Below, piece by piece: positions 25,414-34,720 of a DNA stretch of 46,027 bases. The notes below the pieces were generated by a model, which saw nothing but the letters and a program-made list of their open reading frames with translations, ran no database searches and was not told the DNA's origin. Source of the stretch: Candidatus Kerfeldbacteria bacterium. Its GTDB lineage: Bacteria; Patescibacteriota; Patescibacteriia; JACPL01. Position numbers and translations under genes: made by a program. The first letter of the stretch is position 1, and every line of letters starts with the position of its first letter. The stretch covers positions 1-46,027 of the forward strand of contig JACPGL010000005.1 of assembly GCA_016182525.1 (NCBI GenBank). The letters run 5' to 3'.

Positions 25414-27117
25414 CTAGCGCACGCCGATGTTCAGCCGGATGGTGCCTTCCGGCTCGAACGAGTTGATTCCCTGGTCAGGATCGAGCTGCCAGGTGCAGCT
25501 CCTTCCATCGCACCAGATGAGGAATCCCTCGGGCGGCGTACCGCCTTCCGGCACGTAGCTCCACACCCGCTGCTCGCAGGCCGGGGTGAAAAGGTCCCAC
25601 CCCTCCGGGATGTCGAGCACCCAGCGCCCGTTCATCTCCGTGGCCTGCGCCCAGTAGCCCCACTCGAAGCCGCGGGAGTCCTGGACGAAAGCCTCGGGAT
25701 AGCAGCCCTCCCACGAGACGACACGGCCGTCACGGCGGAGATCCTCCACCATCGGGCCGACGTTCGGCTGAAACACGATGTCCGGGCACCCGCCGTCGCA
25801 ATCGCCCGGCTCGGTCTCGCCTCCGTCCCTCCACAAATCGATCTGGTAGGCCTTGCCCATCCCAGGGTGCTCCACAATGGAAGCTCCCGCGGGGACGAAC
25901 GTTTCCCAAACGATGAGAGACCACACCAGCTCGATATCGGGTTCGCACCAGTAGGTGAGGTTGCACTGGGTGAGCGTGGAGTCCTCACCCGTGGGACGGG
26001 GGGCGAACATCTCGTTGCCGCGCTCCTGGAGCGGAACCGTGAGGACCTTCGCGGCCCAGCCCATCTCACCGAAGAACTGGACGTCCGTCCACGGTCCGCG
26101 CTCAAAGTACACTCCTTCCTCGGTGACGCGGGTCATCCGCGCCTGTTCGGTCGAGGTGGCCTCCATCCACGGCCCGTTCTGAGCAGGGTGCTCCGAATTG
26201 TACACGATCGGGCACCCGTCGAACGACTTGCGCATCCACGCCGTGATCCGGATCGCGGCATCGCCACTTGCGTGGCGCACGATCTTCGCTCCTGTCGGGA
26301 GCGGCGTGGAATCCACGAGCAGCGACCAGACACGCGACGTGTCGCTGTTGCAGTAGTAGCCCATGTTCAGGTCATGCAGGGCCGTATCGGTCGGTGCGGC
26401 CACGAAGCCGTTGGAACCAATCACCGCGTGCTCGACGCCCGCGGCAATCCCCCGCTCACCGAACCACCAGAGGTCGGTCCACGGAGTGTCCGTCGAGATC
26501 CAGATGCCGTCGTCGTCCACGCGGACGAGACTGCCCTGGATCGTCGAAGTCGCCCACCACTCCCCGCTCTCCGTATCGAACTTCACAGAGTTGGGAATGA
26601 TGTCGCAGCCGGCGAAGGGATCGTCATCCGGCGGTTCGGGCGTGCAGATCCACTGGTAGGCCCACTCCTTGGTCGTGGGATCCTGCCAGACAGTGAACCC
26701 CGTCAGACCCTCGGCGGACAGCGAGTCCACGTAGGACCAGACGGTCAGGTTGTCGTCGACGCACTTGACGTTGACGGTCGGTCGCTCGCAGGTGAGACCC
26801 ACGAACTCCGTGCCGTCGTCGAGGCGCGTACCCATCTCCGTGATCGCCGGGACGCTTCCGTCCGGGCTGAAGAATTCGGCCACCATGTAGGCGGTCGAGT
26901 CGTTCAGCTCCGGCACGAAGAGCTTCCCGTTGCGGATCTGGAGGAAGTCGACCTTGGGGCCGACCTTGCTGCCGTCCGGGGAGGTATGGATTACCTCCGG
27001 GCAGCTCGAACTCCTCGGCTCCGGGTAGTTGTCGGGGCCGGCTGGAGCTGCGGTATCTCCGCAGCCCGTCAGAGCGAACATGGCAGCCGCAATGGCTGCC
27101 GGGATCCAGTGACGCAT
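25414..27117 (-). CDS. GC-rich putative lipoprotein with four tandem Cys/Trp-rich domains
   Basis: SD GGAAAGGA; MRHWIPAAIAAAMFALTG-C lipobox; four C-x(3-6)-VWS motifs. Confidence 0.75.
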   Translation of the reverse strand: MRHWIPAAIAAAMFALTGCGDTAAPAGPDNYPEPRSSSCPEVIHTSPDGSKVGPKVDFLQIRNGKLFVPELNDSTAYMVAEFFSPDGSVPAITEMGTRLDDGTEFVGLTCERPTVNVKCVDDNLTVWSYVDSLSAEGLTGFTVWQDPTTKEWAYQWICTPEPPDDDPFAGCDIIPNSVKFDTESGEWWATSTIQGSLVRVDDDGIWISTDTPWTDLWWFGERGIAAGVEHAVIGSNGFVAAPTDTALHDLNMGYYCNSDTSRVWSLLVDSTPLPTGAKIVRHASGDAAIRITAWMRKSFDGCPIVYNSEHPAQNGPWMEATSTEQARMTRVTEEGVYFERGPWTDVQFFGEMGWAAKVLTVPLQERGNEMFAPRPTGEDSTLTQCNLTYWCEPDIELVWSLIVWETFVPAGASIVEHPGMGKAYQIDLWRDGGETEPGDCDGGCPDIVFQPNVGPMVEDLRRDGRVVSWEGCYPEAFVQDSRGFEWGYWAQATEMNGRWVLDIPEGWDLFTPACEQRVWSYVPEGGTPPEGFLIWCDGRSCTWQLDPDQGINSFEPEGTIRLNIGVR

Positions 27118-27165
27118 GACGTGCGTCCTTTCCAAAGTCGCCCACGAACAGGCAACAGTGAGCGG

Positions 27166-27190
27166 GTGTCCAAAGCTTAGCTTTGGACAC
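27166..27190. repeat. GTGTCCAAAGCTTAGCTTTGGACAC palindrome
   Basis: 12-bp perfect arms; lies just downstream of a minus-strand TTGACA (27205-27210). Confidence 0.85.
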
Positions 27191-27316
27191 AGGAAGAAAT
27201 ACATTGTCAAGCAGCGACCCGCGAGATGCGAGTCACTACAGCGATTCGAAGAACGGTTTAGAAGTCCCGTCCTCGGAACAATCGAGAAGCCCTTCTCAAC
27301 TGTTCTGAAGATGGCT

Positions 27317-27994
27317 TTATTTTTGAAACACCAGACACACATTCCCCATCCATCGAGAGAATCCTAAACGATTGATCACTCGGTCATACGCTCGACTGAT
27401 CCACGACAGCACTAGGAACTTATATAAATACCCTTCCGTAAATGAGAAGCGCTGAACATCGATGCATCGTAAACCCGCGTTTTCAAAAACCTGAATGAGA
27501 TGGGTACTATCCGTATAGGTGTACTGTGTCTCGTGTGCTTCTTCATGTTCCTCATGTCCGCGGATCCACTGGTGAAATGTCAACGGTGTGTATTTGGCAA
27601 GACGAAATTCCGGTGCTGTCGGATTCGGGAGCGAGGCGATAAAAATTCCACAGGGCTTGAGGACACGGTGAATCTCGCGTGCTGAACCGTCCAGATTTTT
27701 TATATGTTCAAGAACGTAGTTCGCAAACGCCAGATCATACCCATCCGACGCCACGGGTTTCATGTCTTCGATCGATGCAACGAAATATTGTCGCACGCTC
27801 GGGTGGCGTACCTCATGGCGGAACACATCGAGACGATCTTCGGTAAACGTGACACCGGTGCGGGTGAGATGATTTTCGATGGATACGCTTTTGCCCGCGC
27901 CAATGTTTAATAGAACACATGCACGTTGAGGCTCGTGAATGAGTGCTGCGCGAACAATCATCTGAATTAAATGCTTTTCAGCAGGGGTTTGCAT
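27317..27994 (-). CDS. Class I SAM-dependent methyltransferase
   Basis: LLNIGAG, YDLAFANYVLEHI, EIHRVLKPCG. Confidence 0.88.
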   Translation of the reverse strand: MQTPAEKHLIQMIVRAALIHEPQRACVLLNIGAGKSVSIENHLTRTGVTFTEDRLDVFRHEVRHPSVRQYFVASIEDMKPVASDGYDLAFANYVLEHIKNLDGSAREIHRVLKPCGIFIASLPNPTAPEFRLAKYTPLTFHQWIRGHEEHEEAHETQYTYTDSTHLIQVFENAGLRCIDVQRFSFTEGYLYKFLVLSWISRAYDRVINRLGFSRWMGNVCLVFQK

Positions 27995-28003
27995 ACAAGA
28001 AAT

Positions 28004-28969
28004 TTATTCAGTTCTCCCGTTTGCAGAATCCGTTCCAGCAACGCGCTGCTTCCACATCCATCGCGCTTCATCTTTGCGTCGTTTTGGCAACATGCGCACC
28101 AACGCCTCCATGGCTTTTTCTTGCGAGGTCATGTCAGGCGTTTCTTCCATCACTGGAGAAAACATCGGTGCAGGCGCATACGGCTCTGGCACATCTTCGT
28201 CATCATCCTTTGAAACATCTTCCACCACCTCATCTTGAACCGCGTCGTTATATTGTGGTTGTGGCTCGGCTTCATACGGTAACTCAACTGGCGCGGGGAC
28301 TGGCACAGGAGCAACAAACGGCCGCGACTCATCCTCCCGTTCACGCACGTCGCCACGACGAAATTCCGTTTGCGCGATAATCGCAAGCACAGCTACAAGC
28401 ACCGCGGCAAACGCTCCACCAAAAATATTCACCGGATAGTTCGGTCGCACCGGAAAGCGAGAAACAATGGGTCGGTCAATCGTGTACAACAACACCGACG
28501 CATTTCCACCAAGATACGATGCGCCTTCGTTTTCCAACACGTGAATCACCACGGTCATCACGCGTTGTGCGTCAACCGAACGTCGCGCATACACCGACAG
28601 ATGCAAAATGCCGGTATCGGGTTTCACCGAGCCGTCAATGGATTGCTCCCACGCTTCTCGAATTTCGCGTTCGGTGCCACTATAGAATGAGGCAATCGAC
28701 TGATCCTGCAGCACCACTTTATTATAGAAGGACATCGAGGGCAGCACAGAGGTGAGCGTGCCGGCGTACTTTTCGGCCGATCGTGACGCTTGGTAGCCGT
28801 CGCCCACTCCTCGTGGGATGATCAGAATCGAGGCTTCTGATCGGTACTCCAAAGGCTGAAAGAGACTCACAAGAAGCGCTAAAAGAACCCCGCCAAGAGC
28901 CGAGGCCACAAAAATGCCGCGTCGCTCGCGGAAAACATCACTATATGGGGGGTTTTCGGGAGTATTCAT
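28004..28969 (-). CDS. Wzz/CapA-like polysaccharide chain-length determinant
   Basis: TM-QPLEYRSEASILI, PVRPN + second TM, acidic Pro-rich tail; promoter TTGACA-17bp-TATAGT at 29040-29012. Confidence 0.75.
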   Translation of the reverse strand: MNTPENPPYSDVFRERRGIFVASALGGVLLALLVSLFQPLEYRSEASILIIPRGVGDGYQASRSAEKYAGTLTSVLPSMSFYNKVVLQDQSIASFYSGTEREIREAWEQSIDGSVKPDTGILHLSVYARRSVDAQRVMTVVIHVLENEGASYLGGNASVLLYTIDRPIVSRFPVRPNYPVNIFGGAFAAVLVAVLAIIAQTEFRRGDVREREDESRPFVAPVPVPAPVELPYEAEPQPQYNDAVQDEVVEDVSKDDDEDVPEPYAPAPMFSPVMEETPDMTSQEKAMEALVRMLPKRRKDEARWMWKQRVAGTDSANGRTE

Positions 28970-29143
28970 AAACGGAAAGAGTCCAAGAAGAATGGTCAAA
29001 AAAGATCTTGCACTATACGAAATCCCATAGGATATGTCAAGCGCTCTGCCGCTAGACGCGCGAAAGGGTTTTCGGTATAATACAGCCACTCATGGGCAGG
29101 TGTGACGCCCATGTCTTATTCTTACTCTTGAACCGACCTTTGT

Positions 29144-29467
29144 ATGGCAGAAATAACGCTGACTGATCAGAATTTCGAGGCCGAAGTGCTCCAATCCAGC
29201 ACCCCGGTTTTAGTGGATTTTTGGGCGAGCTGGTGTGGGCCATGCAAGCAGCTTGGGCCTGTTCTTGAAGAGGTGGCCAAAGAATACGAAGGCAAACCAG
29301 TGAAAATCGCCAAATTGAACGTGGACGAGAACTCCGCGACCGCGCAGAAATATGGCATTCAAAGTATTCCGAGCTTGCTCATCTTCAAGGGCGGACAACC
29401 TGTGGATCAATCACTGGGCTTCATCCCCAAGCCACAATTGAAAGCGTTTATTGATAAGCATCTGTAA
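29144..29467 (+). CDS. trxA: Thioredoxin
   Basis: VDFWASWCGPC, SIPSL. Confidence 0.97.
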   Translation: MAEITLTDQNFEAEVLQSSTPVLVDFWASWCGPCKQLGPVLEEVAKEYEGKPVKIAKLNVDENSATAQKYGIQSIPSLLIFKGGQPVDQSLGFIPKPQLKAFIDKHL

Positions 29468-29490
29468 GAAGAAAGGGAATAGGGGTGATG

Positions 29491-29655
29491 GGATCTTCCT
29501 TCAAGAGCGGATCACGACGGGTGGCAGGCTTGCTCGACCGCCGCGCGAGCCGCTAGACGCCGGACGAGATCCGTTCTCATCAGTAGACGAGAACGGATCT
29601 GCCGGCGAGATAGGCCCGTGCTCGGCGGGCGGGGAGGGACAGGACCCGAGAATCC
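29491..29655. repeat. Bipartite structured element, copy 2, enclosing a GATCCGTTCTC palindrome (29558-29607)
   Basis: GATCACGACGGGTGGCAG (29510-29527), GACAGGACCCG (29638-29648). Confidence 0.75.
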
Positions 29656-29670
29656 TCTACTTTGTAGGTT

Positions 29671-30648
29671 ATGAATTCATCTGAAACACAATATGACGTC
29701 GTGATTGTGGGAGGAGCGGCTGCTGGCCTCACCGCGGCGTTGTATAGTGCGCGGCGCACGCTCTCCACACTCGTCATCTCCAAAGACATTGGCGGCCAAG
29801 CGTCCATCACCTCCGAAATTGAAAATTATCCCGGCCGCGGATTGGTGGATGGATTCGAACTCATGGATGATTTTCGCAAGCAGTCAGAAAAGTTCGGCGC
29901 ACGAATCGTGATTGATGAAGTAACGCGCGTCACTCCGAAAAGTGAGACGTCATTTGAAATCACGACGGTTTCCGGCACAACGTATTCGGCAAAAGGCGTT
30001 ATCCTTGCGTTTGGATTAACGCCGCGTGATCTTGGGGTGCCCGGTGAAGCGCAATTCAAAGGCCGCGGCGTGTCTACGTGCGTGACGTGCGATGGGCCGC
30101 TGTATAAAGGAAAGACCGTTGCGGTGGTTGGCACAGGCTTGCCGCTTGTCGATGGCGCTGAACTCATGATCAAAATTGCTGCACACGTCTACGCCGTGGA
30201 GAAGAAGCAAAAATTCGTTGGCGAAAAAGCCATGATCGCTCTTGTCGAAGCCGCTCCAAATGTCGAAAAATTGTTTTCTTCTGAAGTCACCGAAATTTTG
30301 GGCGATCAAAAGGTGACGGGCATCCGCGTCAAAAACTCGGTAAGTGGAGAAGAGAAAAATATTGCCGTCGACGGCGTGTTCACCGAACTTGGCTACATTG
30401 CCAAAACCGATTGCGTGAAAGGCGTGATAGAACTTGACGGCGAGAATCATATTGTGATCGATGAGAAGAATGCAACCGATGTGCCGGGAGTCTTTGCAGC
30501 CGGCGACATTACGAGCGTGTCGTATAAGCAAGTGGTTGTCTCGGCCGGAGAAGGCGCCAAGGCCGCGTTATCATTGTATACATATCTTCAATCGAAAGGC
30601 GTGATCGCACGCGGCGTAAATATCGATTGGGGAATTGTTAAAGCGTGA
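29671..30648 (+). CDS. trxB: Thioredoxin reductase
   Basis: IVGGAAAGLTAA, IENYPG, GVSTCVTCDG, GVFAAGD. Confidence 0.9.
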   Translation: MNSSETQYDVVIVGGAAAGLTAALYSARRTLSTLVISKDIGGQASITSEIENYPGRGLVDGFELMDDFRKQSEKFGARIVIDEVTRVTPKSETSFEITTVSGTTYSAKGVILAFGLTPRDLGVPGEAQFKGRGVSTCVTCDGPLYKGKTVAVVGTGLPLVDGAELMIKIAAHVYAVEKKQKFVGEKAMIALVEAAPNVEKLFSSEVTEILGDQKVTGIRVKNSVSGEEKNIAVDGVFTELGYIAKTDCVKGVIELDGENHIVIDEKNATDVPGVFAAGDITSVSYKQVVVSAGEGAKAALSLYTYLQSKGVIARGVNIDWGIVKA

Positions 30649-30654
30649 TTTTTT

Positions 30655-31851
30655 ATGCCCTTACTATCACATCGGATTCAGTCAGCGGTTGCATCGCCGT
30701 TGCGCAAGTACATTCCTTTAGCTGAAGCAGCAAAGGAACGCGGCACATCCATTTACCACCTGAACATCGGCCAACCCGATCTTGCCATCCCGGAGAAAAT
30801 GATGAAGAGTATTCGCGCATTTGATCACAAAGTGTTGCCGTACTCGCATTCCGCCGGAATTGCCGAGCTGCGTGATGCATGGGCGCAGTATTATCAGAGC
30901 TACAATATTCCATTTACACGTGACGACATTTTAGTGACAACGGGCGGATCCGAAGCCATGCTTTTTTCGCTCTTGGCCGTGTGCGATCCCGGCGACGAGA
31001 TCATTGTGTTTGAGCCGGTCTACTCGAACTACAAGATGTACGCAGCCATGCTGAACGTGGTGCTTGTGCCGGTGCCGTGTTCTGCTGAATCCGGTTACCA
31101 TCTGCCAGTGCGCGCGGAAATTGAGAAGCGGGTGAGCGAGAAGACGCGCGCCATTCTTGTTGTCAATCCGAATAATCCCACAGGGACTGTGTATACAGAT
31201 GACGAACTCAAAACCGTTGTGGATATTGTGAACGCGCATGACCTTTTTTTGCTTGCTGATGAAACGTATCGCGAAATCGTGTTTGATGGAGAAACGCATC
31301 GTAGTTTATTCTCGTTCGAAGGAGTGAACCCGCGAGCCATCATGATTGACAGCGTTTCGAAGCGATTCAACATTTGCGGATCGCGCATGGGGTGTATTGC
31401 CTCACGCAACAAAGATCTTATTACGAATATGTTGAAGGCCGGCCAAGCGCGTCTCTCGCCACCGACCCTTGATCAGTACGTGATTCTCGATTTGTTCCCG
31501 GATGTGAAAGAGTACACGAAACGCGTTTGCAAAATCTACGAAGAGCGGCGCAATGTTGTGCTTGGTATATTGAAGAGCGAACCGTCGATTGTGACTCCAC
31601 ACCCCAAAGGCGCGTTCTACATTATGATTGGTTTGCCGGTCGCAAGCGCCGATGATTTTGTAAAATGGATGCTGAACGATTTTTCGCGCAATGGAAAAAC
31701 GACGATGGTCTCTCCATGCGAAGATTTCTACATCACGCCCGGTAAAGGGAAAAATGAAATTCGAATAGCATATGTTCTGGAAACTGATCAATTAAAAGAC
31801 GCAATGGAAATTCTTGTTGATGGTGTGCGCGAGTATCAAAAGAATCACTAA
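30655..31851 (+). CDS. PLP-dependent aminotransferase class I/II (aspartate aminotransferase-like)
   Basis: LNIGQPD, TTGGSEA, NPNNPTG, DETY, SVSKRFNICGSRMG. Confidence 0.92.
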   Translation: MPLLSHRIQSAVASPLRKYIPLAEAAKERGTSIYHLNIGQPDLAIPEKMMKSIRAFDHKVLPYSHSAGIAELRDAWAQYYQSYNIPFTRDDILVTTGGSEAMLFSLLAVCDPGDEIIVFEPVYSNYKMYAAMLNVVLVPVPCSAESGYHLPVRAEIEKRVSEKTRAILVVNPNNPTGTVYTDDELKTVVDIVNAHDLFLLADETYREIVFDGETHRSLFSFEGVNPRAIMIDSVSKRFNICGSRMGCIASRNKDLITNMLKAGQARLSPPTLDQYVILDLFPDVKEYTKRVCKIYEERRNVVLGILKSEPSIVTPHPKGAFYIMIGLPVASADDFVKWMLNDFSRNGKTTMVSPCEDFYITPGKGKNEIRIAYVLETDQLKDAMEILVDGVREYQKNH

Positions 31852-31879
31852 TCTTATTTTTTTGAATTAACTCTTTTGT

Positions 31880-33160
31880 ATGTCTACAAAAAACGGGAAC
31901 CCATTTACAAACGCCATGCGTCAGCTTGATAAAGCGGCAAAGGCCATGAATCTCGAGCCGCATTTCAAAGAAGTGCTCGAGTCTCCGCGCCGGATTATTG
32001 ACGTTTCGGTGCCGGTGACCATGGAAAAAAAAACAAAAAAGATCTTCCGAGGGTATCGCGTGCAATACAACTTTTCACGCGGGCCGGTCAAAGGCGGAAT
32101 TCGATTCCACCCGTCTGTGAATTTGAGCGAGGTCAAAGCGCTCGCGTTCTGGATGATGATTAAGTGTGCGGTTGTTGGCATTCCGTACGGCGGTGCCAAA
32201 GGCGGCGTTGCGGTGGATCCGAAAAAACTTTCCGGAACTGAACTCGAAAAATTGTCGCGCCGATTTATTCAAGCGCTGAAACCCAATATTGGCCCGAATG
32301 AAGATATTCCGGCTCCTGACGTCAACACGAATGCGGCGATTATGGGATGGATGGCTGATGAATACAGCAAACTCGCCGGGCAATATTCTCCAGCCATAGT
32401 CACTGGCAAGCCGCTCGACTTTGGCGGTTCAGAAGGCCGTGAGGAGGCAACAGGTCGCGGAGGACTCATGGTGCTCGATGCGTACTGCAAGATCCACAAG
32501 ATGAACCCGAAGAAAACAACGGTCGTTGTGCAAGGGTTTGGCAATGTTGGCTACAATTTCTCGCGTCTTGCGCATAAAGCGGGCTACAAAATTATTGCCG
32601 TGTCCGAAGCCGCTGGCGGGATTTTTGACAAGCGTCGAGAGGGCATGGATCCTGACCACATCCAAAAAACCAAAAAAGCGCGCTGGACGATTGATGGAGT
32701 GTACTGCCGAGGATCAGTGTGCGATGAAAAGAACTACAAGTTCGTCACAAACAAGCAGCTCTTGGAATTGCCGTGTGACGTGTTAGTACCGGCGGCCATC
32801 GAGAATCAAATCACCTCAGCAAACGCCTCACGCATTCGCGCAAAAGTGGTGCTGGAACTTGCGAATGGGCCGACATCAGCAGACGCAGATGAGAAACTGA
32901 ACAAGCGCGGCATTGTGATTATTCCTGATGTGCTTGCCAACGCCGGCGGCGTGACTGTTTCGTACTTCGAGTGGCTCCAAAACTTGCACAACGAATATTG
33001 GCCCGTCGAGCAAGTGAATGAAAAGTTGGCGTACTATATGACCCGCGCATTCAACGGCACATTTGAACAAGCGCGTTTGTTCAAAACCGATCTCCGCATT
33101 GGCGCATTCATTCTTGCGCTCACCCGCATCACCGGTGCCATGCGCGCGCGCGGATACTAA
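31880..33160 (+). CDS. gdhA: Glutamate dehydrogenase (Glu/Leu/Phe/Val family)
   Basis: KGGIRFHP, GGAKGG, DIPAPDVNT, QGFGNVG, NAGGVTVSYFEW. Confidence 0.93.
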   Translation: MSTKNGNPFTNAMRQLDKAAKAMNLEPHFKEVLESPRRIIDVSVPVTMEKKTKKIFRGYRVQYNFSRGPVKGGIRFHPSVNLSEVKALAFWMMIKCAVVGIPYGGAKGGVAVDPKKLSGTELEKLSRRFIQALKPNIGPNEDIPAPDVNTNAAIMGWMADEYSKLAGQYSPAIVTGKPLDFGGSEGREEATGRGGLMVLDAYCKIHKMNPKKTTVVVQGFGNVGYNFSRLAHKAGYKIIAVSEAAGGIFDKRREGMDPDHIQKTKKARWTIDGVYCRGSVCDEKNYKFVTNKQLLELPCDVLVPAAIENQITSANASRIRAKVVLELANGPTSADADEKLNKRGIVIIPDVLANAGGVTVSYFEWLQNLHNEYWPVEQVNEKLAYYMTRAFNGTFEQARLFKTDLRIGAFILALTRITGAMRARGY

Positions 33161-33199
33161 GTCGCACGAGCCCGACGGTTCTCAGCGATAATACTCTCT

Positions 33200-34069
33200 A
33201 TGGCTATTCCCCAACCCACACCTCAAGAAAAACGAGACGCAGCGTTTCGCGCCATTGGAAAAATCACGCGAAAGCAAGTTGCAGGCGACCATGGTCAAGG
33301 GGTCGGGAGGATGCGAACGCTGCGCCCTGCTGAACAGGCGCGTCTTGTTCGGCGTGATAAAACCCTACGAACCGCGTTCAGGCGCCTGCGAGTGAGTTCG
33401 GCGAGCGCAGCCGGGACATCGATGAAGATTCGTGGTATTGTCAAGAATTTGCGGACACGAATCCGCACAGAAGGTGGCGTGAAGTTTCGAACCCGAGCGG
33501 GTGGCAAAGAGTACCTTCTCAAAGAGACCGTTCGCAGTCGAAAAGGGAAAGAAGGAGTGAAAGGGCTTTCACGCAAGGCCGTGCAAGAGGTTGTTGTTGA
33601 AGCAGAAAAGAAACGAGAAGAGCTTTCGGGCAAAGGAGAGAAAGCAGCTCGCATTGCGCGTCGCCGCAAACGTGATGACGCCGATGAGCGCCGCAAGAAA
33701 CGCATGGCCGAGATTCGCATGACGCGCGAGGGTCGATCTGACCGGAGGCGCCAAGCGCTGGAGGACGTCGACGACCCCAAGCATGGGGCGAGCTCTCTTG
33801 ATGACCATGAGAAAGAGGGAGGGACGGTCGGAGCGTATGAGAAATCACCTGAATCGTCTGTTGTCGAAGGGTTAGGTGGCGTGGCATCGGTGACAAATCC
33901 AGAAGAACTGACGACTCAAACATCAGTCGCCGATATTGCACACGAGGCCTCATCACCAGCACAAGAGGAACCAACAGGAGACGCGTTTACACCAGTTGAG
34001 GACACCGCGCTTGACATGCCCGGGATGGACGCAGGCGAGGGTTCGAACTCAGATGAAACAGAGGCTTAG
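33200..34069 (+). CDS. Hypothetical protein with Arg/Lys-rich N-half and acidic disordered C-half
   Basis: 289-codon ORF filling the gap between co-oriented genes; native CTCT-ATG start context. Confidence 0.7.
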   Translation: MAIPQPTPQEKRDAAFRAIGKITRKQVAGDHGQGVGRMRTLRPAEQARLVRRDKTLRTAFRRLRVSSASAAGTSMKIRGIVKNLRTRIRTEGGVKFRTRAGGKEYLLKETVRSRKGKEGVKGLSRKAVQEVVVEAEKKREELSGKGEKAARIARRRKRDDADERRKKRMAEIRMTREGRSDRRRQALEDVDDPKHGASSLDDHEKEGGTVGAYEKSPESSVVEGLGGVASVTNPEELTTQTSVADIAHEASSPAQEEPTGDAFTPVEDTALDMPGMDAGEGSNSDETEA

Positions 34070-34111
34070 CGCCCTTGCTTTTCTTCATATTTTTGAGTAC
34101 AATCAAAACCT

Positions 34112-34720
34112 ATGATTATCACGTGGCACGGCGAGAGCTGCATCAAGATTCAGTCCGGCGAAACCGTCATCTATCTTGACCCCATTCAACAACCCGGTTT
34201 TACCCCTCCTCGTTTCTCCAAAGCAACGATTGTGGCGTTGACCAATGATACCGGCAAGCAGGATTTCCCGAAAGACACGTTTGTTGTTTCTGAACCTGGC
34301 GAGTATGAAGTTGCTCAAGTCTTTTTCTATGCGTATCCGTGGTACGACAACGGCGATCGGCGCAACATTTTTTCGATTGAGATGGAAGGGATGACTCTTG
34401 TGCATCTCGGCAACATCCACGAGTCGCTTGGCGACGATGTGCTTGAGAATTTAGAAGGCGCTGATGTGGTGATGGTTCCGGTGGGTGGACAAGGCGTGTA
34501 TGATGCCAAAAAAGCGTCCGAAGTGATCGCCTCGATCGAACCGCGGATTGTGATCCCGATGTCGTATTCTGTGAAAGGTGTGGATGTGAAACGCGACACA
34601 CTTTCGCCGTTTGCGAAAGAAATGGGAATCTCGGCATCTGAACCGTTAGACAAACTCAAAATGTCGGCGCGCGATCTGCCGCAAGGCGAGATGCGCATCT
34701 TGCCGTTAGTGAAACAATAA
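34112..34720 (+). CDS. MBL-fold hydrolase-like protein with degenerate metal motif
   Basis: ITWHGESC..I, PGEYEV, HLG, DVVMVPVGG, IEPRIVIPM. Confidence 0.85.
   Translation: MIITWHGESCIKIQSGETVIYLDPIQQPGFTPPRFSKATIVALTNDTGKQDFPKDTFVVSEPGEYEVAQVFFYAYPWYDNGDRRNIFSIEMEGMTLVHLGNIHESLGDDVLENLEGADVVMVPVGGQGVYDAKKASEVIASIEPRIVIPMSYSVKGVDVKRDTLSPFAKEMGISASEPLDKLKMSARDLPQGEMRILPLVKQ

Noticed and set aside
25330-27180. 616-aa plus-strand ORF and other long antisense ORFs in the island
   Set aside because: Shadow frames caused by high GC3; the minus-strand genes carry the SD, signal peptide and domain structure
22905-27316. Integron cassette array or CRISPR array
   Set aside because: No RYYYAAC/GTTRRRY attC boxes, no integrase, no regularly spaced direct repeats and no cas genes
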